A DNA stretch of 64,000 nt from Capsulimonadales bacterium (GTDB taxonomy: Bacteria; Armatimonadota; Armatimonadia; Armatimonadales; Armatimonadaceae): assembly GCA_033762295.1 (NCBI GenBank), contig JANRLW010000009.1:1-64000 (forward strand), in the 5' to 3' direction. Under the pieces are notes generated by a model, which saw only the letters and a program-made list of their open reading frames with translations, was not told where the DNA came from and did not search any database. Each line of letters begins with the position of its first letter. Position 1 is the first letter of the stretch. This document shows, one piece after another, positions 1-9,964 of this stretch. The position numbers were made by a program, and so were the translations under genes.

Positions 1-235
1 GGTCCTTCAGCGTACGAAAGGCGTCATTAACCAGTGCGGACGCGTCCAGAGCGATCCGCTGCGTTTCGGGGTCCGCGGTCGCGAAACGATCGGGATGATA
101 CTTTCGCGAAAGCTCACGGAAGCGTCGGGTGAGCTGTTCCTCGTCCGCCGCGATGGGAACGTCGAGGATAACGAAGTAGGAGGCCGTCGGCGACAGCGGC
201 GTCAACGGCGTCAAAGGTGAAGTGTTTTCCGACAT
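1..235 (-). CDS. hscB: Fe-S co-chaperone HscB (J-domain), N-terminal part; runs off the window start
   Basis: Not in the ORF track. Manual translation from ATG at 235 gives MSENTSPLTPLTPLSPTASYFVILDVP...RFRELSRKYHPDRF...ASALVNDAFRTLKD, with the J-domain HPD motif; lies directly downstream of iscA. Confidence 0.85.
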   Translation of the reverse strand, partial: MSENTSPLTPLTPLSPTASYFVILDVPIAADEEQLTRRFRELSRKYHPDRFATADPETQRIALDASALVNDAFRTLKD

Positions 236-252
236 GGTCCGAATAAGGTAAA

Positions 253-274
253 GGCAGGGAAAAGGTTCCCTGCC
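253..274 (-). terminator. Hairpin between iscA and hscB (terminator/attenuator or mRNA-stability element)
   Basis: GGCAGGGAA-aagg-TTCCCTGCC inverted repeat, followed on the - strand by TTTACCTT. Confidence 0.5.
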
Positions 275-294
275 CCGGTAGAATCCGCCCGACC

Positions 295-663
295 CTATCG
301 CGCGGTGAACGAGGTGCCGCAGCCGCAGGAGCGTACCGCCTGCGGGTTCTCGAAGACGAAGCCGCCTTCCATCAGATTACGAATGTTGTAATCCAGCGTG
401 CTGTCCTTCAGGTAAAGCGCGGACTTTCGATCGACGACGACCTTGATTCCGTCTTCCTCGTAGACCATATCGAAATCCGGATCGGGTTCCGACTCCATAT
501 CGATCACATAGGACAGACCGGAACATCCGCCGCCGCGTACCCCCAGACGAAGGTACCAGCCGACCTTGCCGGTCTTCTCCTGCTGCCGCCGGATCTGCTT
601 GATCGCCGTCGGCGTCAGCCGAACCACGGGTTCGGTTTCCGGTTGCGAAACGTGCGTTGTCAT
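295..663 (-). CDS. iscA: Fe-S cluster assembly accessory protein, IscA/HesB family
   Basis: GGGCSGLSY and C-terminal SCGCGTSF motifs; isc operon context. Confidence 0.93.
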   Translation of the reverse strand: MTTHVSQPETEPVVRLTPTAIKQIRRQQEKTGKVGWYLRLGVRGGGCSGLSYVIDMESEPDPDFDMVYEEDGIKVVVDRKSALYLKDSTLDYNIRNLMEGGFVFENPQAVRSCGCGTSFTAR

Positions 664-690
664 CTCCCCGTTTCCTTTTCGCGAACGCGC

Positions 691-1119
691 CTACGCGGTG
701 ACCGCTTCGCGGACCTCGTCGGTGCGCTCCAGCAGTTTTTTGGCCTGCTTCTGCTGATAGTCATGGATCGCCGCTTTAATCGCATCCTCGGCCAGTACCG
801 AGCAGTGAATCTTCACCGGCGGCAACGCGAGTTCCTGAACGATCTCGGTGTTCCGAATCTGCAGCGCTTCGTCCAGCGTCCTGCCCTTTACCAGTTCCGT
901 CGCCAGCGACGAGGAGGCGATCGCCGATCCGCAGCCGAACGTTTTGAACTTGGCGTCCTCGATCACTCCCTCGGCGTTGATCTTCAGCTGGAGTTTCATG
1001 ACGTCGCCGCACTCCGGCGCGCCGACGATTCCGGTGCCGACACTCGGATCGTTCTTGTCGAGCGCACCGACATTGCGCGGATTCTCATAATGATCGATTA
1101 CTTTTTCGCTGTAAGGCAT
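691..1119 (-). CDS. iscU: Fe-S cluster scaffold IscU
   Basis: MPYSEKVIDHYENPRNVG, APECGD, GCGSAIAS, LPPVKIHC. Start placed at ATG 1119. Confidence 0.97.
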   Translation of the reverse strand: MPYSEKVIDHYENPRNVGALDKNDPSVGTGIVGAPECGDVMKLQLKINAEGVIEDAKFKTFGCGSAIASSSLATELVKGRTLDEALQIRNTEIVQELALPPVKIHCSVLAEDAIKAAIHDYQQKQAKKLLERTDEVREAVTA

Positions 1120-1212
1120 TTTCTTATCCTTTTCTATCCGTCTTCGACGGAAACCGACTTTCAATGACAAATTGAAGCGTCACGAGCCGTACCCGGCGGG
1201 GATCGATCTACC

Positions 1213-2433
1213 TCAGTGCGGCTGCCAGGCTACCGTCGCCAGGTCGACCCCCTCCTGCGCCAGTTCCCAGAGCGGCGACATCTCCCGCAGACGGGACACC
1301 TCACGGATAACGCGGTCGATCACGTAATCGACCTCCTCCTCGGTGTTGAACCGCCCGATGCCGAACCGCAGCGAGGAGTGAGCCAGTTCATCGCCGACGC
1401 CCAGCGCCTTCAGAACATAAGACGGTTCCAGCGACGCCGAGGTGCACGCGGACCCGGAGGACAGTGCGATATCCTTCAGCCCCATCAGCAGCGATTCGCC
1501 CTCCACATAATTAAACGAGAGGTTCATATTGCCCGGAAGCCGATGCTCGACGGAGCCGTTGACGTACACTTCGTCGATGGCATTCACAATGTTGTTTCTG
1601 AGCTTGTCCCGCAGATAAAGGAGCCGCGGCGTCTCGGTCGGCATCAGTTCCTGCATCAGTTCCGCCGCTTTGCCGAAACCGACGATCCCCGGGACGTTCA
1701 GCGTTCCCGACCGGAACCCGCGTTCATGCCCACCCCCGTCGATCTGCGCGGTCAGACGAACGCGCGGGTTGCGCCGACGAACATACAGCGCGCCGATCCC
1801 CTTCGGCCCGTAAATCTTGTGCGCGGTACAGGCCAGAAGGTCGATATTCATCTCGTTGACATCGAGCGGCACCTTGCCGAACGCCTGGACCGCGTCGGTA
1901 TGGAACAGAATGCCCCGCTCCCGGCAGAGCTTGCCGATCTCGCCGATCGGCTGAAGAACGCCGATCTCGTTGTTGGCCGCCATCACCGAGACCAGAATGG
2001 TCTTATCGGTCATCGCGTCCCGGAGCTGGTTCAGGTCGATCAAACCGTCCTTGCCGACCTCCAGATAGGTCACCCGCCGGCCATCCTTTTCCAGATGCTT
2101 GCAGGTGTCCAGAACCGCCTTATGCTCGGTGACGACCGTGATCACATGGTCGCCCTTGTCGGCGTACATCTCGGCGACCCCCTTGATCGCCAGATTGTTG
2201 GATTCGGTCGCGCCCGAGGTGAAGATAATCTCTTTCGGGTCCGCGCCGATGACCCGGGCGACCTGCTCTCGTCCGAGGTCGACCGCCTCCTCCGCCGACC
2301 AGCCAAACGGGTGGCTGCGGGACGCGGCATTCCCGAACTTGTCCGAGAAGTACGGCAACATCGCCTCAACCACACGGGGATCGGTGCGGGTTGTGGCATT
2401 ATTATCGAAATAAATCGGTATCTCAACGCTCAT
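1213..2433 (-). CDS. iscS: Cysteine desulfurase IscS
   Basis: [11 protein letters not shown] lysine motif [10 protein letters not shown], catalytic SSGSACTS. Start placed at MSVEIP. Confidence 0.97.
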   Translation of the reverse strand: MSVEIPIYFDNNATTRTDPRVVEAMLPYFSDKFGNAASRSHPFGWSAEEAVDLGREQVARVIGADPKEIIFTSGATESNNLAIKGVAEMYADKGDHVITVVTEHKAVLDTCKHLEKDGRRVTYLEVGKDGLIDLNQLRDAMTDKTILVSVMAANNEIGVLQPIGEIGKLCRERGILFHTDAVQAFGKVPLDVNEMNIDLLACTAHKIYGPKGIGALYVRRRNPRVRLTAQIDGGGHERGFRSGTLNVPGIVGFGKAAELMQELMPTETPRLLYLRDKLRNNIVNAIDEVYVNGSVEHRLPGNMNLSFNYVEGESLLMGLKDIALSSGSACTSASLEPSYVLKALGVGDELAHSSLRFGIGRFNTEEEVDYVIDRVIREVSRLREMSPLWELAQEGVDLATVAWQPH

Positions 2434-2494
2434 TGGGAGCAGCCTTCCTATTCCAGGGTCTGGCATCTGCGGCGCATAGCCGACGGCAGCGACG

Positions 2495-2977
2495 CTACCG
2501 TCCTTTAACTACCTGTAACACACGTTCGGGCGAAAAAGTTCGCGTCGGAATTCCCGACAGCTCGTTTTCCGTCGGGCAGACATCGGCCAGCGTCATCGCG
2601 TTGAGCAGGCGGGTAATATCCTCCTGAATCCGGGCCAGCGGTCCTCGCAGATGGCAGTGTTGCGCCTGCTGACAGCCGTCCGTACCCGATTCGTCCCAGC
2701 ACTGCGCGATCGCCAGGGGACCATCCACCGCTTCGATGATCTCGCCGATCGAAATTTCCGACGCGGTCCGCACCAGCTTGTAGCCGCCGGTCGGTCCGGG
2801 AACGCTGCCGACAATCTGGTTGCGGGACAGCGTCTGCATCACTTTGGCCAGAAGTTCCGACGGAATCTCATACCGACGGGCGATCTCTTTCGGACCGACC
2901 ACACGCCCGGTCCCCTCCGTCGCCAGATAGGAGAGCGCCAGCAGTGCGTAATCCGTTTTCTTCGTAAAGGTAAACAT
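2495..2977 (-). CDS. Rrf2-family (IscR-like) transcriptional regulator
   Basis: [14 protein letters not shown] wing, EIIEAVDG, three C-terminal Cys (C-X8-C-X5-C); first gene of the isc operon. Confidence 0.92.
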   Translation of the reverse strand: MFTFTKKTDYALLALSYLATEGTGRVVGPKEIARRYEIPSELLAKVMQTLSRNQIVGSVPGPTGGYKLVRTASEISIGEIIEAVDGPLAIAQCWDESGTDGCQQAQHCHLRGPLARIQEDITRLLNAMTLADVCPTENELSGIPTRTFSPERVLQVVKGR

Positions 2978-3039
2978 CGCGGGCGTCGCCCTCCGATTTC
3001 GATTGCGCCGAAACTCCGGAAATCATTGCCGACCGGAAC

Positions 3040-3116
3040 GATAGCCGATTACTACATTCGGCGACTTATATGGTCGGCATCCGGTTCATTGTAACCGGAG
3101 GACGGCCCTATGTCAA
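3040..3116 (-). promoter_or_regulatory. Sigma70 promoter of the isc operon with downstream IscR-like operator(s)
   Basis: - strand TTGACA(3116-3111)-17 bp-TACAAT(3093-3088). Imperfect palindromes ATAGCCGATTACTACATTCGGC and CGACTTATATGGTCG at about 3040-3080 resemble IscR type-1 boxes. Confidence 0.75.
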
Positions 3117-3150
3117 GAAAAGCGGGAATGATTCCCGCTTAGAGAGAGCG

Positions 3151-3194
3151 AAAGAAAAGACCCCGGGCATCCGCTACCAGCGGACGCCCGGGGT
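3151..3194 (-). terminator. Intrinsic terminator of the PEP-CTERM hydrolase gene
   Basis: ACCCCGGGC-ATCCGCT/AGCGGAC-GCCCGGGGT stem, followed on the - strand by CTTTTCTTT. Confidence 0.75.
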
Positions 3195-3219
3195 TCGCCC
3201 TCCGAATTCGCGGTCGGAG

Positions 3220-4230
3220 TTAAGCCCGTTTCGTCCGACGCACCCGTCCCACGAACGAGAGACCGGCAACCGCGAGCAGAGCCAGCGTTCCCGGTTCCGG
3301 GGCGGTCGCCGAGATCAGCCGACTCGCGATGACCGAATATCCGGCCGCGTTCGGATGGAAGTTCGGGAGCGCTCCGTCGAGGAGAGTGATGTTCGTCAGC
3401 GTCGTCTCCTTGCCGACGAAGTCCGCGCGTGAATCCACCAGTTTTGCGCCGAAGGCGTCGGCCAGCGTTTGATAAATACCGGTCGCCGCCGTATTCAAAA
3501 CGCCGGATTGCGGCAACGGATTGAGCGGACCGAGGCCGGGGAAGGCATCCGGATAAGTCAACAGAAAAATATCGGCATTCGGAGCCTTGGCCCGGATGGT
3601 CGAAAGGATCGCCGCGTAGTTGGTCGCCATGTCATTAAACCGGGCGTTCAGGATCGCCTGCTGTTCCAATGGCGTCAGGGCGGCGAACTCGGCGTTCAGG
3701 GCGAACTGCGCGGCGGTACCGAGGATATCGTTGCCGCCCAGCTGCACGGTAACGAATCGGATCGTATCGCCGGCCGCCAGATTGTCGGCCAGGTTCGTGA
3801 ACTGGGCGGCCTGCGAGGTCGGGGTCACCGGGTTGAATACCGGGTAGTTGGTATTGTAGGATTGATTGCGGAACGGGGCGTCGATCAGGCCGACCGGGTT
3901 CGGCGTCGGATAGACACCGCCCAGTTTCTGCGCGGGCACGCCGGAGAAATAGGTCTCGGTCGTCTCGCCCGGTACGGCAAAGTTGAAAGAGGTCAGCCCG
4001 ACGGAGCCGTTCACCTGATCGAGGAACTGCGCGTACGGTGTATAGTAGCCGCCTCCGGCCCCGGGCAGTTGTCCGCCGCTCGCTCCCTTATCGTACCCCC
4101 AGGCGAACGAGTCGCCCAGAGCGACATAGACATCGTCCGCAAACGCCGCATTCGCTGTCAGCGCGACCGAGGCGATGGCCGCCGCCGCCAACCGCGTCCA
4201 CTTCGCAAAACAAACCATATGGCAAATCAC
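3220..4230 (-). CDS. Secreted SGNH/GDSL hydrolase with C-terminal PEP-CTERM sorting domain
   Basis: Signal peptide, VALGDS block I, LGGND block III, FHPN block V; ends APEPGT + TM helix + RVRRTKR. Confidence 0.88.
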   Translation of the reverse strand: MICHMVCFAKWTRLAAAAIASVALTANAAFADDVYVALGDSFAWGYDKGASGGQLPGAGGGYYTPYAQFLDQVNGSVGLTSFNFAVPGETTETYFSGVPAQKLGGVYPTPNPVGLIDAPFRNQSYNTNYPVFNPVTPTSQAAQFTNLADNLAAGDTIRFVTVQLGGNDILGTAAQFALNAEFAALTPLEQQAILNARFNDMATNYAAILSTIRAKAPNADIFLLTYPDAFPGLGPLNPLPQSGVLNTAATGIYQTLADAFGAKLVDSRADFVGKETTLTNITLLDGALPNFHPNAAGYSVIASRLISATAPEPGTLALLAVAGLSFVGRVRRTKRA

Positions 4231-4517
4231 CTTTCTCCGATACGGATGCAGTGGTCCGATCCCTTCGTGCCCTTGTCGCCGTCGACCGCGGGCGCGGGAC
4301 GGCAGTCCTCGAAGGAACTTCGGAATTATAAATAAAAACCGTGCGGCCTGTCAATCGTCGTCGGGAAACCGAGAAAGACCGGGGAGAATGACGCTTTCGT
4401 CACGGCAAACGCTTGCCTTTCGCGCTTGTGATTTGCTATAATCCGTCGTCGCGTTTCGGGCGCCGTCGGCGAAGGTCCGGGTGCCGGAAACGGATCTATG
4501 AGGAAGACGATTCACCT

Positions 4518-5678
4518 ATGAAGCTTCAGGAATATCAGGCGAAACAGTTGCTCGCGAAGTACGGCGTTCCGATCCCGGAAGGATTCGTCTGCGATACCCC
4601 CGAGCAGGTCGCGGAGGCGGTCGGCATGCTGGGCGGTCGCGGGGTGGTCAAAGCGCAGGTACTGGCCGGCGGACGGGGCAAGGCGGGCGGCGTCAAAGTC
4701 GCCAGGTCGGCCGAGGAGGCCCAGGAGTTCGCCGCTTCCATCCTCGGGAAGAAGCTCTACTTCGAACAGGCCAAGTCCGAACTTCCGATCGAGCGGCTTT
4801 ACGTGGAAGAGGCCCTGCCGATCGCCCGGGAGTATTACATCGGCATCACCACCGACCGCGCCACGCAGCGAAACGTCTTCATCGTCTCATCGCAGGGCGG
4901 GATGGACATCGAGGAGGTCGCCCACTCGACTCCGGACGCGATCGGTCGACTGCCGGTGGACCCGTTCCTCGGCGTTCGCGATTTCGCTATCCGCGCGGTC
5001 GCCACCGCGGGCGGGATTCCCGCGTCCGAACTGCCGCAACTGGCCCCGTTTCTGAAACAGTTGTATACGGCCTACGTCGATTCCGACGCCAACCTGGCCG
5101 AGATCAATCCGCTGATCGTTACCGCCGACGGCAAGTTTATCGCCGGGGATGCCAAGATCACCATCGATGATAATGCCCTTTTCCGCCATCCCGAGTTCGT
5201 TTCCTTCGCCGAAACGAGCGAGGAGACCGACGAGTACGAAAAGGAAGCCCGACGGCGCGGCATCAATAACTACGTTCACCTCGACGGAAACATCGGCATC
5301 ATCTGCAACGGCGCGGGCCTGACGATGGGAACCATGGACGAAGTCAAACGTGCCGGAGGCCAGCCGGCCGACTTTCTGGATATCGGCGGCGGCGCCAAGG
5401 CGGAACTGGTAAAGAACAGTCTGGAACTGGTTCTCTCCGATCCCAACGTAAAGGGAGTGCTGATCAACATCTTCGGCGGGATCACGCGCGGCGACGAAGT
5501 CGCGCGGGGCATCCTCGAAGGCACCGCCTCCCTCAATATCACGGTTCCGATCATCGTCCGGTTGGCCGGCACCAATGCCGAGGAAGGTCTCGCGCTCCTT
5601 CGCGATTCCGACCTGATTCCTGCCGCGACGATGCAGGAAGCGGCCCAGAAAATCGTCTCGCTGGTGGGCAACGACTGA
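4518..5678 (+). CDS. sucC: Succinyl-CoA synthetase beta subunit
   Basis: MKLQEYQAK, KAQVLAGGRGKAGG, EINPL, NGAGL, FLDIGGGA, NIFGGI. Confidence 0.96.
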   Translation: MKLQEYQAKQLLAKYGVPIPEGFVCDTPEQVAEAVGMLGGRGVVKAQVLAGGRGKAGGVKVARSAEEAQEFAASILGKKLYFEQAKSELPIERLYVEEALPIAREYYIGITTDRATQRNVFIVSSQGGMDIEEVAHSTPDAIGRLPVDPFLGVRDFAIRAVATAGGIPASELPQLAPFLKQLYTAYVDSDANLAEINPLIVTADGKFIAGDAKITIDDNALFRHPEFVSFAETSEETDEYEKEARRRGINNYVHLDGNIGIICNGAGLTMGTMDEVKRAGGQPADFLDIGGGAKAELVKNSLELVLSDPNVKGVLINIFGGITRGDEVARGILEGTASLNITVPIIVRLAGTNAEEGLALLRDSDLIPAATMQEAAQKIVSLVGND

Positions 5679-5727
5679 ACTGCCGCGGACTTCGAATCTG
5701 CGCGCAAGTTAGGAGCAAAAAATAATC

Positions 5728-5949
5728 ATGAAAACGTTCGAGTACAAGATCGTCACCTTCACCGATTCGGATGAGGACGACGAAACGATGCTGAATGACC
5801 TGGGAAGCGAAGGCTGGGAGCTGGTCAGCGTCCATGTGTCCGAAGTCACCTATGTGGAAAGCGGCGATCAGGACGAAGAAGAGGAAGGCGACGAAGAGTT
5901 TACCGAAGAGGTCGTGACCTATTATCTGAAGCGGGAGAAAGCCGCCTGA
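5728..5949 (+). CDS. Small acidic DUF4177-like protein
   Basis: FEYKIV...LNDLGSEGWELVSV...YYLKRE pattern; AGGAG RBS upstream. Confidence 0.8.
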   Translation: MKTFEYKIVTFTDSDEDDETMLNDLGSEGWELVSVHVSEVTYVESGDQDEEEEGDEEFTEEVVTYYLKREKAA

Positions 5950-6063
5950 TGGGTTCCCGGTGTCAGAGGTTCGGGGCATAGGTCGATCCCCGTTTTCCGT
6001 CGGATTGGCCATCCCCCCGAACCCCTGACACCGGGACCCGACACCGAACATCCAACACCCACC

Positions 6064-6948
6064 ATGAGCATTTTGCTGGACCAAACCACCAAAGTCGTCG
6101 TTTCGGGAATTACCGGACGGGAAGGCTCCTTCCATACCGGACAGATGATCGCCTACGGCACGCAAGTGGTCGCCGGGGTGACGCCGGGCAAGGGCGGGCA
6201 GACGTCGGAACACGGCGTCCCGATCTTTGACACCGTTGCCGAGGCCGTCTCGGCCACGGGAGCCAATGCCCAGTTCATCTCCGTCCCGCCCCGCTTCGCC
6301 GTCGATGCCATCCTCGAAGGCGCGACCGCCGGAGTCGAACTGATCGTCTGTATCACGGAGTATATTCCGGTGCAGGAGATGGTTTCCGCCGTTCGCTTTC
6401 TGAACACCACCGGGAAAACCCGCCTGATCGGCCCCAACTGCCCCGGTCTTCTGTCCGCCGGCAAGGGCAAAGTCGGCATTATTCCGGCGAGCATCTTCAC
6501 TCCCGGTCCGGTCGGACTGGTTTCCCGCTCCGGCACCCTGACCTATGAGATCGTCGATTCGCTGACCCGCGCCGGACTCGGTCAGACGACCGCCGTCGGT
6601 ATCGGTGGCGACCCGATTCTGGGCACCCGTTTCATCGATGTCCTGCCGCTGTTCGAAGCCGATCCGGAAACCAAAGCGGTGGTTCTCGTCGGCGAGATCG
6701 GCGGTTCGGACGAAGAGATCGCCTGCGAATACATCAAGACCATGAGCAAACCGGTGGTCGGATTTATCGGCGGGCGATCCGCGCCTCCGGGCAAACGAAT
6801 GGGTCATGCGGGCGCGATTGTCTCCGGAACCAGCGGAACGGCCCAGAGCAAGGTCGATGCCCTTCTCGCCGTGGGGGTTCCGGTCGCCGATACGACCATC
6901 GAAATCCCGAATCTGGTCAAAGCGGCGCTCGCCGGGGCCGGCGCATAG
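6064..6948 (+). CDS. sucD: Succinyl-CoA synthetase alpha subunit
   Basis: [25 protein letters not shown], phospho-His motif RMGHAGAI. Confidence 0.97.
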   Translation: MSILLDQTTKVVVSGITGREGSFHTGQMIAYGTQVVAGVTPGKGGQTSEHGVPIFDTVAEAVSATGANAQFISVPPRFAVDAILEGATAGVELIVCITEYIPVQEMVSAVRFLNTTGKTRLIGPNCPGLLSAGKGKVGIIPASIFTPGPVGLVSRSGTLTYEIVDSLTRAGLGQTTAVGIGGDPILGTRFIDVLPLFEADPETKAVVLVGEIGGSDEEIACEYIKTMSKPVVGFIGGRSAPPGKRMGHAGAIVSGTSGTAQSKVDALLAVGVPVADTTIEIPNLVKAALAGAGA

Positions 6949-6994
6949 CCCGACAACGGCAACACGCACCCGACAACCCGACGACACGAACCCG

Positions 6995-7042
6995 ACGCCC
7001 CCGGTTTTCAGGTCTCCGCCGAAAACCGGGGGCGTTCGTTTT
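6995..7042 (+). terminator. Terminator hairpin between sucD and the convergent cytochrome c gene
   Basis: ACGCCCCCGGTTTTC...GAAAACCGGGGGCGT stem followed by TCGTTTT. Confidence 0.75.
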
Positions 7043-7047
7043 CGGCA

Positions 7048-7452
7048 TTACTTCCGGGTGACGAGAAAGGCGCTGATCGCGTCGATCGTCGCCGGCGGCA
7101 GGTGCGCGAACGCCGGCATGGTCGATCCGGGGTCCTTGCTTTTCGGGTCTTTGATGAACTCGGCGAACCACTGCGCCGTATGCCGGGGGTCGGCGCCCGC
7201 ATGAGCGAGATCCGGCCCGGAACGTCGGCCCTCCCCCAGGCTATGACAGCGAGCGCAGTTGGTATCGAAGGCGGCTTTGCCGGCATCCGTTACGGCGGAA
7301 GTCGCGCTTCCCGAAGCGGAGACGTTTTCCTTGCCCGGTTCGGAAGAACAGCCTGCCAGGACAGCCAGGAACAGCAAAGACAGCAAAGACAGCAGAGACA
7401 GCGGAGACGGAATGACGGTCGCGCCCGGCGACCGGAGAATGGAGTGGGACAC
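7048..7452 (-). CDS. Monoheme cytochrome c lipoprotein
   Basis: Lipobox LAGC, heme motif CARCH, GPDL, axial Met in STMPAF; GTG start after AGGAAG. Confidence 0.85.
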   Translation of the reverse strand: MSHSILRSPGATVIPSPLSLLSLLSLLFLAVLAGCSSEPGKENVSASGSATSAVTDAGKAAFDTNCARCHSLGEGRRSGPDLAHAGADPRHTAQWFAEFIKDPKSKDPGSTMPAFAHLPPATIDAISAFLVTRK

Positions 7453-7606
7453 CTTCCTGATTTCCTTTGTACGGGTTGTCGGATCGGCGTCGCGACGTCC
7501 GTTCCCGTTCCCACGCGGAAGCCCGTTCGCCGATCCGACATCCTGCAAAGTCGTTCGGATCAGGAGAAAAGTTGGTCCGGAGTTCCGCCTTTTGCGTCGG
7601 ACGTCT

Positions 7607-8050
7607 TCAAACTTCGTCGGAGGTCATCCGGTAACGCATGACATAGTGCGGCCCCACTCCGGGCACCTCGAACTCCTCGCTCTCGATCGTCCAACCCATC
7701 CGCTCGTAAAAACCGGCGGCGGCCACCCGGGCGTTACACCAGAGCGACGTGATGCCCCGCTCGGCGGCCATACGCTGCGCTTCCTGGACCAGGGTCGCGC
7801 CGACGCCTTTCCGCTGCCATTCCGGCAGCACGGCCATGCCACGCAGCTGGGTTCCCTTGTTTTCCATCAGGGTCACGACCCCGATGCAGTCACCGGCGGG
7901 GAGAAATGCGCCGATATGCAAAGTGGCCGGGTCATCGTCACCCGAAAAAACGGCGCTGTCCATTGACCGGCCCGGACGCAGAACCCGCGCACGGAGCCCG
8001 TACAACAGAGGCAACTCCTGCGCCCCGATCTGTCTTACCGTCCATTCCAC
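7607..8050 (-). CDS. GNAT-family N-acetyltransferase
   Basis: QLRGMAVLPEWQRKGVG acetyl-CoA motif; WCNAR...FYERMG. Confidence 0.9.
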   Translation of the reverse strand: MEWTVRQIGAQELPLLYGLRARVLRPGRSMDSAVFSGDDDPATLHIGAFLPAGDCIGVVTLMENKGTQLRGMAVLPEWQRKGVGATLVQEAQRMAAERGITSLWCNARVAAAGFYERMGWTIESEEFEVPGVGPHYVMRYRMTSDEV

Positions 8051-8099
8051 AAAAAAGAGTTAACCACGAAGCGAGCCCGGATACAATGCATCCCATTTT

Positions 8100-9023
8100 T
8101 CAGCGTTCGCAAAATTCCCCGGCGCGTCGCCGAAACTCGCGGGGCGACAGACGCATGACCTGCGAAAATCGGCGGGAAAAATGGAACTCATCGGCGAATC
8201 CGAGCATTTCCGCGACCTGCCGGTTGGTCGTCTGCGGGGAGTAACGGAGGAGTTCACAGGCGGCGGCGATCCGCCGCTGAAGCCGGTACCGGGCCGGCGT
8301 TATTCCCGTCGCCTGACGGAAACGCTTGCGGAAGGTCTCATAGGACATGTCGACGGTCGCGGCGACCTCCCGGAGATCCGTCGGCGCCGCCAGATCGATA
8401 TCTAGGGCCGCCTGCGCTCTCCCCAGCCAGTCCGACCGCATTGGGAACGCCGGTTCGCACTCGCCCGGTCGCAGCAGAGCGCCAAGGAGCACCAGAAAAC
8501 GATTGACCTGCTCCAGACGACCTGCCGCCGTCGTCAGGGAGGCGTGGTTCGTCACCAGTTCCCGCAATCGATCCGGCCAGTCCGAGGTCGGTATCGGATG
8601 GACGGGTTCGGCGGGGTTCAACAGGCCCGTCTGTCGCCAGAGGTCGAAAACCGGCCCGTCAAACGTCAGATACAGTTCGTCCCATGTCTCCGATGCCTCC
8701 GGGCCGTATCGATGGGCGATCTCCGGGAAGACGAGAACCGCGTCCCCTGCCCGAAGTTTCCGTTTCGCTCCCTGTCGATCGACGAAACGGCCGCGTCCGC
8801 GAAGAACGCAGACCACGGCGTACCGCCCGTAAACGCGCATCGCCGGGAAGTTTTCCACCCCTCCGCCATTTCGGATCTCTCCGCAAAGACGCAGGCAACC
8901 GAGCGGGGTCGATAGATCGTTCCGCAACAACAGCGTATGGGAGAAACGAGAATCGGTCTCGGGCGTCATCGGACCGATTATACCGAATCGGATATGTTTT
9001 TGACCAATCGAGCCATTGTCCAT
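8100..9023 (-). CDS. AraC-family transcriptional regulator
   Basis: N-terminal cupin-like ligand domain; C-terminal double HTH (FRKRFRQATG...VAEMLGFADEFHFSRRF). Divergent from the PhyH genes. Confidence 0.92.
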   Translation of the reverse strand: MDNGSIGQKHIRFGIIGPMTPETDSRFSHTLLLRNDLSTPLGCLRLCGEIRNGGGVENFPAMRVYGRYAVVCVLRGRGRFVDRQGAKRKLRAGDAVLVFPEIAHRYGPEASETWDELYLTFDGPVFDLWRQTGLLNPAEPVHPIPTSDWPDRLRELVTNHASLTTAAGRLEQVNRFLVLLGALLRPGECEPAFPMRSDWLGRAQAALDIDLAAPTDLREVAATVDMSYETFRKRFRQATGITPARYRLQRRIAAACELLRYSPQTTNRQVAEMLGFADEFHFSRRFSQVMRLSPREFRRRAGEFCER

Positions 9024-9086
9024 GGGCCGAGGTTACCGTATTCTACAAATTACGTATATTTCCTCGCCTTTGAAAGGAACCTGACA

Positions 9087-9944
9087 ATGACGCCGACCGC
9101 CGAACTCCCCGATGCCTCCGCGTTGCCGCCACTGGCAACCGACTATCCGCTGAGCGCCCAGCAGATTAACGAGTATCAGCGGGACGGCCATATTCTGCTG
9201 CGAAGCGTGGCGACGACGGAGGAGATCGAACCGCACCGCGAAGTCATTACCTCCGTGACGACCGAATACGCCCGGGGATACAAGCCTCTCGAACAGCGGG
9301 ATACCTACGGCAAAGCGTTCATCCAGTTTACGAACCTCTGGCAGCGTTTCCCCGCCGTGGCCGCGTTCACTCTGGCCCGACGCTTCGCCAAAATCGCCGC
9401 CGAACTGATGGGGGTCGACGGGGTTCGGATCTACCATGACCAGGCGCTGTACAAGGAACCCGCCGGCGGACACACGCCCTGGCATCAGGATCAACAGTAC
9501 TGGCCCCTGGACGGTGTCCGAACGGTGACCCTCTGGATGCCGCTGGTGGATGCGTCCGCGGATATGGGCACGATGCGCTTCGCCTCCGGTTCCCAGGAAC
9601 TGGGTTATCTCGGCCCGCTCAACATCTCCGACGAATCCGAGGCACAGCTTGAAGAACTGGTCCGGGGGAAGGGCTACCCGCTTTTCTACGCCGGCGATAT
9701 GGCCGCAGGCGACGCGACCTTCCATAATGGCTGGACGATCCATGGCGCGCCGGGAAACGCCTCGCCGACGCGAACCCGCGAGGTAATGACGGTCATCTAT
9801 CTGGAGGATGACGCCGTCATCACGGAACCCGACCATGCCTCCCGGGTCAATGATCTGGCGAGCTGGTTCCCCGGTCTCCGACCGGGCGACAAAGCCGCCT
9901 CCGCGATCAATCCCCTGGTTTATCACCGGATTCACCGACCGTAA
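9087..9944 (+). CDS. PhyH-family Fe(II)/2-oxoglutarate dioxygenase
   Basis: HDQALYK, TPWHQD (HxD), distal HGA; GAAAGGA RBS before ATG 9087. Confidence 0.9.
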   Translation: MTPTAELPDASALPPLATDYPLSAQQINEYQRDGHILLRSVATTEEIEPHREVITSVTTEYARGYKPLEQRDTYGKAFIQFTNLWQRFPAVAAFTLARRFAKIAAELMGVDGVRIYHDQALYKEPAGGHTPWHQDQQYWPLDGVRTVTLWMPLVDASADMGTMRFASGSQELGYLGPLNISDESEAQLEELVRGKGYPLFYAGDMAAGDATFHNGWTIHGAPGNASPTRTREVMTVIYLEDDAVITEPDHASRVNDLASWFPGLRPGDKAASAINPLVYHRIHRP

Positions 9945-9964
9945 CCCGACGAGGAGAACCGACC

